Under the pieces are notes generated by a model. It was not told the DNA's origin. It saw only the letters and a list, made by a program, of their open reading frames with translations, and searched no databases. The translations under genes were made by a program, and so were the position numbers. Below, in pieces: positions 34,115 to 49,100 of a DNA stretch of 64,000 nucleotides. Positions within the stretch are counted from its first letter, which is position 1. The number at the start of each line of letters is the position of its first letter. The DNA lies in the NCBI RefSeq assembly GCF_000315625.1, contig NW_005434634.1, forward strand, positions 396,531-460,530, written 5' to 3'. The stretch comes from Guillardia theta CCMP2712. Lineage: Eukaryota; Protista; Cryptophyta.

Positions 34115-37100
34115 ATGTCACGGATTATTGCCTTGCTCCTCATTCTCTGTCTCTGGGACGCTCAAAGCAATCAAGATGCCCTTGACATCCCGATTCTGAG
34201 GATCGTGGAGCCGACGTTTGGATCAAAGCTTGGTGGTACCGTTATAACCCTGAGGGGCTTTTCATTACCAGCAAACAACTCTTTCTGCCGGTTCGGGGAG
34301 GTCGCGATCGTTACCCCCATCTACTCCTCGGAGAATGAATTCATCTGTGAGACCCCTGCGCATTCAGTGGGGAAAGTTGCGGTCGATCTGATCAATGGCA
34401 ACCAATTCCTTTCCAACATGAACAAATTGTTGTTTGAATTCACAGGTACTTTGAATCTATAGACATTTCGTTTGGGTATGTAATGATTTCCTTTTCATGG
34501 CAGAGCCAACTCAAGTGACATTGATATTTCCATGCCGAGGCCCACGACAGGGAGGCACTCGGGTAAGGATATACGGAAAATGGTTTCCGAACAGTATCTC
34601 CTTGGGATGTTTGTTCGGAATTTCCTACATTCCAGCGAGATGGATTACAACCTCTGAGTTGGAATGCCTATCGCCGCCAAAGAAGTCAGGCCTTGAAGTA
34701 TCTGTCAGAATTACTTCGAACAAAGTGGATATTTCACAATCGTATCAAGCATTTGCTTATCAAGGTGATGAATTGCTACTTCGAATCGCTTTTGCTATCT
34801 GACACCTTTGGTTGGCAGAGAATCATCGTTTGTTTTCAATTTTTCCAACACTTTCTCCGGTGGATGGTGGTGTTGTGATCACTGCATTTGGAATGTATTT
34901 TTCTCCCTCGGACTCAGTCTTCTGTAAATTTGGCGAAGTGGAGAGTGCTGGCATGTATACTTCATCTTCTCAAATTTCATGTCTAGCTCCCTCCAATCTT
35001 GTCGGCAAGTTAAGTGTGGATGTCAGCAATAACAGGTTTGATTACACTTCCAGTGCCATTGAACTTGAGTACACGGAACATTCCTATCTGTATTCAATTT
35101 TCCCGACGTTTGGACCATTACGCGGAGGCACTGTGCTAAGAGTGTTTGGTTCTAACTTTGTATCATCGAACACCTCAATACTCTGCGTTTTTGATGACAT
35201 TCTTTTTGGAAGTGCTACTGTGGTTTCAAATAGCCAAATTTTTTGCCTCACTCCTCCTTCGCTACTAGAAAGGACGATCTCTCTTGCCGTTATGTCCAAT
35301 GAAAGTTTGTCCTCTGTAAATATGAAGGACTTTCATTACTATCCAACAATATCTTTGTATACCATTGTTCCGAGTCTTGGATCTCTCAGCGTCAAGACAA
35401 AAATCACGGTACTTGGCAAAAATTTTATCAGCTCACCATATCTGAGCTGTCAATCAGAATTTGATAACGAGATTATCACTGTGAATGCTTCCTGGATAAC
35501 TTCCACATCAATAATTTGCACTTTACCGATTCATAACTACACGTCAACTTTCCAGACAACAATAAGGGCCTCCAATAACGCATTGGATTTTTCTCTGGAA
35601 ACCTTAACTTTTCAATCTCTGCCACTTTTGAATGTCAATAGCATCTTCCCATCATCGGGCCCAACGGATGGTGGAACTTCCATTACTGTCGTCGGTCAGA
35701 ACTTTGGAAATACGCTCGTTCTTTGCTGCAAACTTGCCAATACGGTTTCTCCTGCTGTATACTTGTCTTCGTCACTTCTTAAATGCTATTCTCCAAGGTC
35801 AAAAAGCGGGATCATTCCCATGTTAATTTCGAACGATGGCAATCTGTTTGTCGATTCAGGTTCATTTTACTACTATTCATCTTTCAGAGTCTTATCTGTC
35901 ACTCCAAGTATACTGGCGGCCCATCAGTACAACATTATCAATATCACTGGGATAGGATATCAGCAGATAAAATTTACCGATGGTTTGCTTTGTAAGTTTG
36001 GAGCAATGTCTACAGTTGGAACGATGATCACATCATCTTTTCTGGTTTGCCGCACCCCGAAATTAGATGTACAAAACTCTTCAATGATGATATCATTCAA
36101 TCAAGCTGACTTTTTCGACATCGATTCTCCATTAAATTTTGTAGCATTACCAAAGATAGCTACCATGGCACCCATGAAAGTTCCGTTGTACTTTCCCTTT
36201 GAAATATACTTACAAGGATACGGATTTGATGTTTCAAGGCAAATGAAGCTAACACTGAACAATGCAGTACACCCGATTGAAATTTTGAACAGTACAGTAG
36301 CAAAATTTCGGTCAGACTTAGTCACTTCTCCAGGAAACTACGAAGTTCTGTTTGGATTCGATACTATCAACTTGTGGACCACCGGATTGCTGCTTGAATT
36401 CGATTACAGCAACACTTTTGTTGATGTGCATCCGTCTCTAGGCCCTTCCATCGGAGGAACTATTGTCACACTCAAATTCATCTCGAATATCTGGTCTGGC
36501 ATCCGATATGAGTTTGTTTTTGGTGATCAAGTTTCTCAGAATTATACTCTTCATGGAACTGACGTGATCTGTTGGACGCCTCCCCAAACGACTGGATGTC
36601 ACGAAGTTTCTGTCGCTATAGATGGGGTCTTGTCGAAATTAGAGGGAATTTCATATGAGTATTACTTGTTGGAGGAAGTGATTACTTTGATTCCAAGTAT
36701 AGTATTGGCAAACAAACTTTCTGTGATAACAGTTTTGGGAGAAAATTTTATTCACCAAGAATGTATCTCTAATTTCAATTCCTGGATAGCATGGTGTAGA
36801 CTCTCGTCTGGACGGAACTTCGACGGTACGATTGTTTCAAGTACTCTTTTACTCTGTTCGATTGACTTCGAGCTCCCTGGACAAGTGGGCCTGGAGATTT
36901 CAACCAACAATGTAGATTTTACCAACAATAGTCTACAAGTCTCGATAATTCAAGAAGCAATCGTGTTCGGTCTTGCCCCTACTGTCGGTCCATCTAGTGG
37001 AGGTCTTGTAGTCAGTTTTACAGGACTTTACTTAAATTTCTGGGAAGCATGCATGATGGAGGAAATTCGTCTCAATGTAGCGTATGCCTCCTCGTCCGTG

Positions 37101-40100
37101 ATCCATTGTATTCTGCCATCGTCTCGGCATGGAGATAAATTTCTTTATTTGTCTTCGTTGGACCTGACCAAAAATTCTTCTGAATTTCGTTTTGTTTACC
37201 AAGCACCTATCATCCTCAAATTCTTCCGACCGAACCTCGCCAAGAACGAGATTCTCCTCGTTGGAGAGAACTTTCATTCAAACAGTTTGCAATGCTTTTT
37301 TGGAGCTGAAGCATCCATAGGAACAATGGAAAGCAGCTCAACGTTGCTGTGCTCTTCACCTCGTGATTTAACTTTGCCCATCACTCTCACTGTCTTTGAT
37401 CCGTACAGCAGTTCATGGAGCAATACTTTAAATTTTCAGCTGAATAAGCCTCCTAGGCTGACGTTGGTCATGCCTTCGCAAATTCAATTCCTGAGCAGCA
37501 ACAAAGTTACAATCATAGGATCAGATTTGTTTGGCGATGCGGTATTTTGTCGATTTAATACTACAATTCTTGAGCCGGCAGAAATCAAGTCATCGTCGGA
37601 AGTGCGATGTATGTTACCAACAATGATGGAACCTTATGATTATCTCCTTGTTCACGTGATTTCTGATGGCAGAGAAAGCGAATCATTCTTGCAGATCAAC
37701 TCGTCTCCTGATCCCAAGATAGACACGCTCAAACCTTCGCTTGCATTTGCCGGATTATCATTCCAACTCACTATTTTTGGCTCATGGCTTCCCGTTTATG
37801 AAAGGGTTTGGTGCAAGCTTGGGCATGTTTCCTTGCCAACGAGTGGAATTCGAAGCTCCTCGATGATTGTTTGTCATGCTGACTTTCTCAGTTCTTCGAA
37901 TGTTTCCCTTGCCCTTATCACCGAAAATGGTAACAATTTAAAGTATTCGGGAAGCTTCGTAGTACTCCCCATGGTCAAAGTTGATAGCATTTCACCTCAG
38001 ACAGGTCTAGCATGGGAAAGCAACACAATTACCGTTCTCGGTATCAATTTTGAAGGGGAGTTCCTGATTAACATTAATGGGTCTTCTGCAAAATCAACTA
38101 CATTGACATCTAGCCTGATAGTTTGTATTTCACCGATGTTTGCACCTGGCATGACAAGGCTTATTGTCAGCATCAAAGACTATCCCGATCTTCTCGCTGG
38201 CTTCGATTTCGTATTTTACAATTCAACTACACATCTTGACGTGTATCCCCGAGTACTCTTTGAAGGGCAATCGTCACGGATCTATATCCTTGGACTAGGC
38301 TCAAATGATTCCTTTCAATGCAAATTACTCGAAAACTGGATAACTGGATCGAAATCATCGACTTTCCCACCAAATTGTTTACTGCCTGCGTTGTATGCAG
38401 GTTTGGTCGAAGTGCAAATTTCATCAAGCTCCATTACATCTGTTGTAAAAATCGAGGTTGTAAAACTATTCATTCTATTTGGCATTCAACCAAGCATTGG
38501 GTATTGTCGAACTCAGAACCAAGTAACTCTGATAGGATCATCGTTCTCAAATCTGACGGACTTGATTTGCGGAAATGATAAGATCAGCTCTCCTGCTTCG
38601 TATATGACCTCAACTAGCATAAAATGCACTATTTTGACAATTTCATGCGAAGCTTCAAAGGAAATATGGATTTCTCAAAATGTTACACGCGCTTCTCGCA
38701 ATTCGCTTCAATTCTTCTTGAAAGATTCTCTGATTTTCATGAACATTGATCCAACTTTCAGTGCGTTGTCTGGCGGAACATATGTTGTTGTACATGGTCA
38801 GGAATTTCTTGAAGGGCCAAATTTTGAATGCAATTTTGGGAATGTGTCTGTTATGGCTGAAGTGTTAAATCAATCAACTTTGCGATGTACTTCACCTCCA
38901 TCTCCACCCGGGAAGGTTGAATTTGCCATTGCAATCAATGGGTTCGTCTACTCTGAATTTAAGCGGAGTTTTCAGTTTGAAGAGGCTCCACAACTGAATT
39001 TTGTATCACCAAGTTCGGGCCCATACACTGGCGGAATTCTTGTCACCGTGGTAGGTTCTGGATTTCACCTTGGTAAAGCCATGTGTAAGTTCTGTGATAG
39101 TCGAATTTGCACAGCCGTTATTCCTGTTTTCTGGGCAGACGGTCAAATTTGTTGTTTTGCTCCGCCTGCAGAGATTGGCACCAGCAGAATTTACGTATAC
39201 AATAATGGTAGCAATTCACTGATAGCTGAGGGGATTTTTGTTGTTGACAATGTGACAAGTCAGATTTTTTCAGTGCATCCTCTTCGAATGAGCAAAAATG
39301 TGTTGACTTGCATTACTGTCAAAGGAAATCATTTTGATGATGTTGATACATTTTGCAGAGTAGCGTCGATTCAATTTGCTTCACAGCGACAATCCCTTAC
39401 GTCATTGACCTGCTGTTGCGTTTTGAATGAAACTGGTTCATTCGAATTGATCTTGACAAATGATTATTATGAGATGAAAACTGGTTTCAATCTGTCCGTC
39501 ATTTTGCATCAAGAGATCGTAGCATCTACAATCATTCCTTCAATTGGAGTGACAAATAGCAATTCAGAAGTCTCCATTCTTGGAAAGAACTTCATTCATG
39601 ATGACACCCTACGCGTCGCATTTGACTCGAGATATGTTCCAATCACAATATTTAGCTCGACAGTTGCGTTGTGCGTTTTGCCTCCAGTAAATCAAGTGGG
39701 AAGGTTCAATTTGACCTTGTGGAGCATCACAGATTCTAGTTTCAGCCATCCATTTCCATTTGAAATTATTGATTCGGCAGTGTTTCTGGAAATCCGTCCT
39801 TCGATTGGGCCATCTTCAAAAAATAACATTGTACGTGTATATTTTAAGGACCAGGTCTTGAATGGTATTCGAATGTTCGTGAACAATTTACAAATTGTGC
39901 AGATGAAATCGATTTCATCATCGATTTTATCATGTCTGATTCCCGGAAGTAAGAATGGCACCTATGCACTTGAATTTTCAGTCAGTGCGATTCGCTTTTC
40001 AAGCAATCTGTTTTACAGGTTCTATGATGAATTCCAAATAGATCAAGTAGAATGGGCTCTTGAAAAGGACTCAAATAGGATAAACTTTCTGTTGCACAGT

Positions 40101-43100
40101 GCTTTCTTCCCTGAAGGCATACAATTTGCTTGTAAAATTGGAAACAAGTATGAGCTATATCCTGCAAAGAGAGTCACAAGAACAACTATTGCATGCACTT
40201 GCAGTTTGCGTCAGTCAAGAAATATTTCTCTCTCTGTAACAACAAATGAGCTTGATTTCATTGATTCGCAAATTTGTATGGATGTACCTCCTGATATTTC
40301 GGGACTTCAACTTATCCAGCATAAGGGCACGAGAGAAGTCAGACAAGAAAGTGTTAAAACCCCAACATCGAGTGCACGTTCTGACCTACTTGGGTCCATT
40401 CATCACAATCTACCTCTGCTCATTGAAGAACCCAGGAAATCTAGGATCCAAACCTCCAGGGGAGTTGATATGCTTCGAATTTCACCCTCCATTGGCCCAA
40501 CACTGGGTCATTCTCTTGTCCGTTTGATTTCTGAAGGGCTGCAATCTTTCAGTTACGTCACGTTCAGTCACTCTAGTGGGCTTTTTGAAACCCAAGTGTT
40601 GAGCTCAACTGTTCTGCAATGCAGGACGCCTGCAGGTAGAGCTGGTCCTGTGACTGTTGAAGTTGTTTCAGGTAGTGGTGAACAGTCGCAAGTTGTGTTT
40701 GGCAGATACCTGTACAAAGAACCGGAGCTGATACTCCGAGTTCAGCCATCGGTCTGTCCTGAGCACGGGGGTCTTCTTGTGACTGTGATTGGAGAGCATT
40801 TCACAGCTAGTGAAGATGCTGTATGTAGATTTGGCTCTAGCGGAGAGGATGGGGTCTCAGTCTCAGCTCGGCTTTTGATTTGTCGGTGTCCAGCAAATCG
40901 TGCGGGGGAGGTGTACTTGGATGTAAGCAGCAATGGTGTAGATTATTCGTTGAACAAGATTCCCTTTATGTATACGTCACAAGTGATCATCCTCTCCATC
41001 TATCCAAGCGTCGCAGTTTCTTCTGTCAAGACAGTTGTGCAAGTACGTACGACGCCTGTCCTTTCTTCTGCTTTGCTTTGTCATTTTGGGAATCAAAGTG
41101 CGGTAGCAGTCTTAGAAAGTAGCAGCATTCTCTCGTGTACGACCCCAGCGCATTTGCCTGGTGATGTAGTCTTGCGCATAGAAGAAGCAGAGCACCAATT
41201 TTCCACGGGCGTCACGTTTGCCTTTCTTGAAGCTCCACGAATCATGTCTTTAAACCCGAGCACGTGCTCGTCAGGAATCAGCATGATTCGAATAGTGGGC
41301 AGTGGGTTCGACAAATCGGGTGCCATCTGCATGTTAGGGCAGGAGGTGAAGGTCGACGCGGAGGTACGTAGTACATCAGTAGCCCTTTGCAAATCATCGG
41401 CTCCAAGAGACAGGAAAAACGTGGAAGTGAAGCTTGTTTTCAACGCTTTGCAGTATACGACGAATGGACTGATGCTATACCACTATGAAAGTCCCATGAT
41501 CATGAAGATAATCCCTTCAGTAGTATCAAACCAAGATGCGAGGGTCTTGACCGTATATGGAGACTCTTTTGTGAGCGGTGGAAGCAAAGTTTTCTTGCAC
41601 ATTGGATCCAGCAACATGCTTGAAACTTCACTGGTCTCCAGCACTAAGCTTTTGTGCTCAATTCCCATGTTTCAAAATATGGGCAATTTCTCCGTTTTTT
41701 TGTCGTTTGAGAGGGGTGTTCGGAGTAATTCTATCCTAATTAGTGTTATGAAGGATTCACTGATTCAATTTCACCCGTGTTCTGGGTCTTTGCAAGGTGG
41801 TACCAGCGTTTCTCTAAAGGGTTTCTGGTTCGATGCAGGCATTGGGAGTTGTTTCTTTGGCAACGTCAGTGTCAAACTTTCAGTTACTTCTTCTTCCTCT
41901 GCTGTTTGCGTGACACCACCATCCAAAACGGGCTTAGTTTCATTCAAGATGATTTTTAACGAAGTCATCGTATTGAATGAGAAATTTTATTATCAAGATA
42001 GGATGGAAATCATGTACGTGGACACCTATCCTCTGTTTCGATCTGGTAGATTGAAGGTAATTGGGAATGGGTTTCCTACTGGAGATCTACTTTTCTGCAA
42101 GTTTGACCGTCACTTCCAAAAGGCTGCTTCGGTAATCAGTTCCTCATGTATATTTTGTTTTATACCGACCATGCGTGCTGCTGGTATCGACCTTGAAATC
42201 TTCAATTTTGAGATGCAAGAAGTAAGTAACCGAGTGATAGTACGATCCTTACAGCCTATCATCTATTTTATATCTCCCCGCAAAGTCTTTGTGAACTCGC
42301 TAGTAACAATAACAGGTCTCTTCAATGATGAGAGCTATGTAGTGAATCTTGCAGGACATCACAATACGACTTATTGGGTTCTTTCATCCTCTGAAATTAT
42401 CGTTCAAGTTCCTCATCTGTCACCCGGAAAACATTATGTCAAAGTCTCAATGACGGATGGGGAGAACTCGTTGCACGACATCCGTGGTTTACATTGGATT
42501 GAGGTGCTTGGATTTCTGGATTCCTCTTCGTCTTTGCAAAGGTTGCCTGTGTCAAACGGCTTCTCATCGAATCCTCTCGAATATCCAAATAGCGATAAAC
42601 TTTCTCGTTTACATGATTTTGAGCTTTTGCAAATGATTCCAAGTATTTGTGTCGTTGGTAGTAACTGTGAAGTGAAAATCTTGGGGGTATTTCCTGACAC
42701 TGGTTTGCGATTGTTTTGCCGTGCATTTGATCGGGTTGTACCAGTTGAGGTTTCGTCCTCATCTCATGTTGCATGTTCAATTCCGGTTCTCAAAGAAAGG
42801 AATCTTACCGTCGAGATATGTGAGAACAGTCTTGCGACCTGTTTGGAGTTCCCTGCGCCCGTCTATATTTTACCATACTGGCATCTATTACAAATTCGTC
42901 CGTCAACGGTACCCAGCTCTTCACAAACTCATTTAACCATTGTTGGTCACTCGTTTCAAAGGAATCTGAACTTATCTTGCGTTTTTGGCATTTCGATGAC
43001 CAGCCAGGCGAGTGTTATCACGACAAGTCTTGTCCTTTGTCAGAATCCTGCTTTGGAATACGGCAATTTTTCAATCAATTTGATGTTTGACGGAATTGTC

Positions 43101-46100
43101 ATCGGCTACGAAAATCTGCACCTGAATGTATATCCTCATATTGAGCTCAAGGCTGTTCATCCAGCGACAGCTCAACTTGTGCAGGGAATGATGATCAGTT
43201 TGTTAGGGACTGGCTTTGAACCGACTGTAAGATATTCTTGCAGATTTCATGGATTGAATGGAATTCTGTTTGATGTCGTTGCTTTTGATGTCACTATTAA
43301 TCAGGTGATTTGCAAGCTTCCAAACAGTTCCGCAACTTTGTTAAGGGGAATATCGGTCACGCATTCGCAAGAAACATTGAGTAACATATTTCGTTTACAA
43401 GCAGTAATTTGTCAACGCTATGTATCATATTTTCCAAGCAAAGGGCCAGCTTCAGGTGGAACATTGATCAAATTGATCTATCAGTATCCTATTTCTGGAA
43501 GACTTCTACAAATGACATGGGGGGACTTTCTTTTGAATTGTACATTAATTGGGAATACAATCAGTTTTTTCACGCCTATCTGGAAAAATTTGTCGATGGA
43601 AGTGATTTCGTTCTTGAATGTGGATGGAGCAATATGCAGTGATTCACCGATTAATTTCCAATACTTTGACAATCTGGTGATAGAACAAGTTTTTTATCAT
43701 GTCAATCATACCACAATAGACATTGTAGGCAAGGGATTTTCAAGACAAATTTGTTGCTTGTTCAATGATTCTCTTGTTATTTTGCCTTTGGAAATCTCAG
43801 AAACGCGATTAAAGTGCGCTTTGAGGAATTCATCTCATCCATTGCAAAAACTTGTTATTCTTTCAAACTGTAGCACGTTGGAGGATTCTGATCCTCCTAC
43901 CTTTGTGTGGAATTCTTTGATTCCTTTGTCATTTTTCTCAGTCAAGTTTGATTTTGAAATTTCAAGATTGATCATTGACTTGCATCCTTCTGTCCTTGAT
44001 TTTCCGGGCAAACTTCATTTTCAATCCAAAGAGCTTGGCGTGCCTCTTGCTCCGTTGGATGCTTTACACATCGAAGTTTCAGTTGAAATTCCATACCCAC
44101 GAAGAGACGTTTCAGTTGAATTTTGGCATGAAATATTTGCAACAACGAATATTTACACCGTTCAAATAGAAATTAATCCCATTCCAATTCCTTTGAATCT
44201 GAAGTATAACTTGTATGGTGACAAGGGAGACACAACAGTTTCGTTTAAATTTGATAGTTACTGTGAAATAGCTCTGTGTCACGTTGGGAAAATGTATATT
44301 TTGCCAGAAAGTATCCTTTCCAAGAATTCAGATGCAATCTACGGTCCGAGCTACACTCTGAAATTCTTGGAATCCGAGCAGAATGTCAGAAAGATGCTGG
44401 AAAAGCAGGTGTAAATTTGCTCTTAGAAAATTCTCCAATTTCATGGGCATCTGTCAGTCCCGCACAGACTTGCCAGAGCCTCCCGACAAAGTTGATCTTG
44501 CGCGGTGCTGGTTTCGATTGTCATCAGAAATTGAGATGCAAAATTGGACAATATTTCTCAACATCAGCAAATTGCTTGAGCTCTTCGATGATGAGTTGTT
44601 TCATTAATATTCAACAGGAAGGGAATTTTTCAATTTTCTTGACATGGAATCACATTGATTTTATCGAGACACCATTTGCAATGACTGTGACATCGTTTTT
44701 GCAAGACATCACTATATACCCGACGAAAGGACCATTTCAAGGTGGATCAAAAGTTTTTGTGACGATACCATTGTATAGCACGACAAACCATAGCATAAAA
44801 TGTGTGTTTGGAAACAAGTTGGTTCCTTTGTACACTCAAGACAGAGAAACTCTGTTCTGTTTTGTCCCAAGGCATGTCTTAGCAGAATCCATCGATTTTA
44901 TGATCAGATTCGACAACGTTTGTACCTCCCGGAAACTGCGTTTTCAATACTACAAAGATACAGTGATAGAGAGAATCTATCCAAGGCAAATTCGTACAGG
45001 TGTTGAATCTGAAATTTTTGTTGTAGGCATGTTCCTGGAAAATATATCATTTTGCGTATTTGGAATTCTTCAAGTTCCTACAGCCTTGTTTTCAGTGTCT
45101 GTATTGAGATGCAATCTACCTCCGCTGACATCAGGAAGCTACAAGTTTTCGATGGTACTGAACTCTTCTGATATTTGTGCCTCAGACCTGCTATTGGAAG
45201 TTTATGATCCTGTGATTATCACTGCTGTCATGCCATCAGTTCCCATCTGCAGAGTTGGTGCTGACCTGACTATTGTCGGGAATAATTTTTTGGACACAGA
45301 ATTCCTTTCATGCAAAGTAAACAAGGCGTTGCCAAGCCTTTTACAAATTATTACCTCAACTGCGGTGAAATGCCCTTGTCCATCCTCGACTGAATTATTG
45401 GAGACTATTTCTATCAGTATTGATGGAAAACTGTGGAATCATTCAAAATTGACGATTCAAAATGGACCCAGGATCTTTAAGATTTTTCCAACAATCTCTG
45501 CAATTTTCGGTAGATCAAATGTATCGGTGTACGGAATCGGTTTTGCGAAAAATTCATTCGTTCTATGCAAGTTTGGTCAGCACATTTCTGAACCTGTCAT
45601 GCCCTCCTCCTCTACTTTAATCCACTGTCTCAGGCCAAAAATTGAATTTGCTCCCTTAAATCCCTTGCCATTCCACCTGGGGTTTCAATTCGGGTCTCAC
45701 AGCTTCTATACTTCTTCACACTTGTCTTTTCGATATACGGAAGCCGAAATTTTTTCATTGAAACCGTTGCTGAAGCCAAGCTCTGGGTTTGTCCTTACCA
45801 TCATAGGCAATTTCGGGTTTCTTCAATTTCCCTCATGCAATCTCACCTGTCCAAAACTTTTGCAACCAGCATGCTTTTTGCAATCCTCGTCAATCTTGAA
45901 AGTTCAAATTCCTCCAGTTCAGCAGGTCCATTGCCATCTTCAGATTTCTTTCCAAAATAGAGGAAATTCTCTGAACATCTCTCTCACTTTGAATCGCGAT
46001 CTCCTTTCTCCATCCGTTTCTTCAATTTTTCCAACAACGCTTTCATTGTCCAATGACAAATTCATCACCATCTTTGGAAAACATTTTAGAAAGGAAGCAT

Positions 46101-49100
46101 CCATAGAATGCATATGGGGCTCAAAAATTTCGTTCACTGCATTGTTCTTGAGCCAAACATCCATCCTTTGTGCTGCTCACATTCAAACTACAGGAAACCA
46201 CACCCTTCAAATCATTGATGTAGACCAAAATTCATTAATGTATTCTCATTTCTTTGAAGTTGGCACCGTAGTTCGCATCAATCGTTTCCGAACTGTTTCT
46301 CCAACCTCCAACCCCCAATCTGACCTGAAAGCAAGGAAGATATATCCTTCCTATGGCCCAACACTGGGTCATTCTCTTGTCCGTTTGATTTCTGAAGGGC
46401 TGCAATCTTTCAGTTACGTCACGTTCAGTCACTCTAGTGGGCTTTTTGAAACCCAAGTGTTGAGCTCAACTGTTCTGCAATGCAGGACGCCTGCAGGTAG
46501 AGCTGGTCCTGTGACTGTTGAAGTTGTTTCAGGTAGTGGTGAACAGTCGCAAGTTGTGTTTGGCAGATACCTGTACAAAGAACCGGAGCTGATACTCCGA
46601 GTTCAGCCATCGGTCTGTCCTGAGCACGGGGGTCTTCTTGTGACTGTGATTGGAGAGCATTTCACAGCTAGTGAAGATGCTGTATGTAGATTTGGCTCTA
46701 GCGGAGAGGATGGGGTCTCAGTCTCAGCTCGGCTTTTGATTTGTCGGTGTCCAGCAAATCGTGCGGGGGAGGTGTACTTGGATGTAAGCAGCAATGGTGT
46801 AGATTATTCGTTGAACAAGATTCCCTTTATGTATACGTCACAAGTGATCATCCTCTCCATCTATCCAAGCGTCGCAGTTTCTTCTGTCAAGACAGTTGTG
46901 CAAGTACGTACGACGCCTGTCCTTTCTTCTGCTTTGCTTTGTCATTTTGGGAATCAAAGTGCGGTAGCAGTCTTAGAAAGTAGCAGCATTCTCTCGTGTA
47001 CGACCCCAGCGCATTTGCCTGGTGATGTAGTCTTGCGCATAGAAGAAGCAGAGCACCAATTTTCCACGGGCGTCACGTTTGCCTTTCTTGAAGCTCCACG
47101 AATCATGTCTTTAAACCCGAGCACGTGGACCTCGTCAGGAATCAGCATGATTCGAATAGTGGGCAGTGGGTTCGACAAATCGGGTGCCATCTGCATGTTA
47201 GGGCAGGAGGTGAAGGTCGACGCGGAGGTACGTAGTACATCAGTAGCCCTTTGCAAATCATCGGCTCCAAGAGACAGGAAAAACGTGGAAGTGAAGCTTG
47301 TTTTCAACGCTTTGCAGTATACGACGAATGGACTGATGCTATACCACTATGAAAGTCCCATGATCATGAAGATAATCCCTTCAGTAGTATCAAACCAAGA
47401 TGCGAGGGTCTTGACCGTATATGGAGACTCTTTTGTGAGCGGTGGAAGCAAAGTTTTCTTGCACATTGGATCCAGCAACATGCTTGAAACTTCACTGGTC
47501 TCCAGCACTAAGCTTTTGTGCGCATTTTCAAACTTAGCCTGTGGGAAATATACAGTTGGTGCTTCTTTTGCAGGTCTTGACTATGCTTTTTGGTCACAAC
47601 ATTTTTTTCTTGTTTCATGCCTTGAAAATCCAGAATCTGAAATTTACCTTTACCTTATCAAACCAACTTTTGGATTCCTCAACAGAATCAATCGCGTGTC
47701 TATTATTGGAATCAATTTTGATTCAAATACAAATTGCCAATTTGGAAATCTAGAGTCCTCTCAATTCAAGTACTTGTCAAGCACTCTCTTAGTCTGTCTC
47801 AGTCCTCCGTTTCCCCACATTGACCAGGATATCTTCGAGGTGTCACTAAGCCTACGGCGGGATGGCAGACAACAGCAAGGTACTTTCGCGTATCAATATT
47901 ATCGCACGCCCAGTATTCAATCTGCCTTTCCCGTTGTCTCAACCATTGGCGAATCCATGATCACCGTCTATGGTGCGTCTTTTTCACCTGTTTTTGAGTA
48001 CCAATGTTGCTTTGGAGCACGTGATGAAGTTTTGGCACAAGTCATCACTTCGAGCCAGGTGCTCTGTCATCATACAACGCTGAGGGATGGAAATCACAGC
48101 CTGAAAATCAAGATGAACGGTAACTTGGTGTTGTCTACATCTATGCATATTTTGGTTGAGGGACTGGTCAAAATAAGCAGTTTCACACCAACCCGCGTGC
48201 CACTTCAAGGTGGCGTGCCCCTACGAATTGTGTTGACATCCGACCTAGTACATTCCCAAGTACAGTGCAAGATTGGGGACAGTACTTCAGCGCCCATTTT
48301 TGCTCGAGGCAACTTGATCTTGTGCCGTGTACCTCAGAGAGAACCAGGCAAATGCAAAGTAGCAATCAGCACTCCGAGCGGTCTGCTTACATCTGGGATG
48401 GACTTAGACTACCCGCACGTCTACTACGAGATTCTTTCATATAAACCGACAACATGTTCGCCAAGCGGAGGGACAAAGATCTCTGTAAGGCTCAGTTCTA
48501 TCCTAGAGGATAGGGTTTCTTGTAAATTTGGGACGGTATCAGTGCCAGGTTTGGTGCGGCGTAACGCCAGCCTGGTAGTCTGCCATTCACCAAAGCATGA
48601 CAAGGGGCCCGTGAGTTTTCAACTTGCAGGTGATCATGGGAAGAAATCTGCTTTGTATCCATTTGAATATTTGGAACCTCTCATGATTTTAGATGTTGAG
48701 CCAGCGAGGATTTCTTTGAGCAACAAAACTGTCCAGTTGACCCTGAAAGGTCGAAACTTTGGAGCAGATATGCTGCATTGTAGTATAGGAAGGACACTCC
48801 AAGTACAATGTTTTCCTCGAGACGAGCATACAGCTACCTGCGACTTGACACCAGTCTTGCCTCCCGGAGTACATGTGATAAGCTGTAGCTTGAATCAGGT
48901 AGAGTATCGTACATCAAGGCGAGCACTTGAGGTGGTGTCATACTGTGTGATAAGCTCAGTACACCCGTCACGGGTTCTCTTGTCCTCCAGAGGCCGATTG
49001 ACTATAGCTGGGTCGGGCTTTTCACCAGGAGTCAGCTGTAGATTTGGCACAGCAAATTCAGAACTTGCTGTCTATATTACATCATCACTTTTGCAATGTG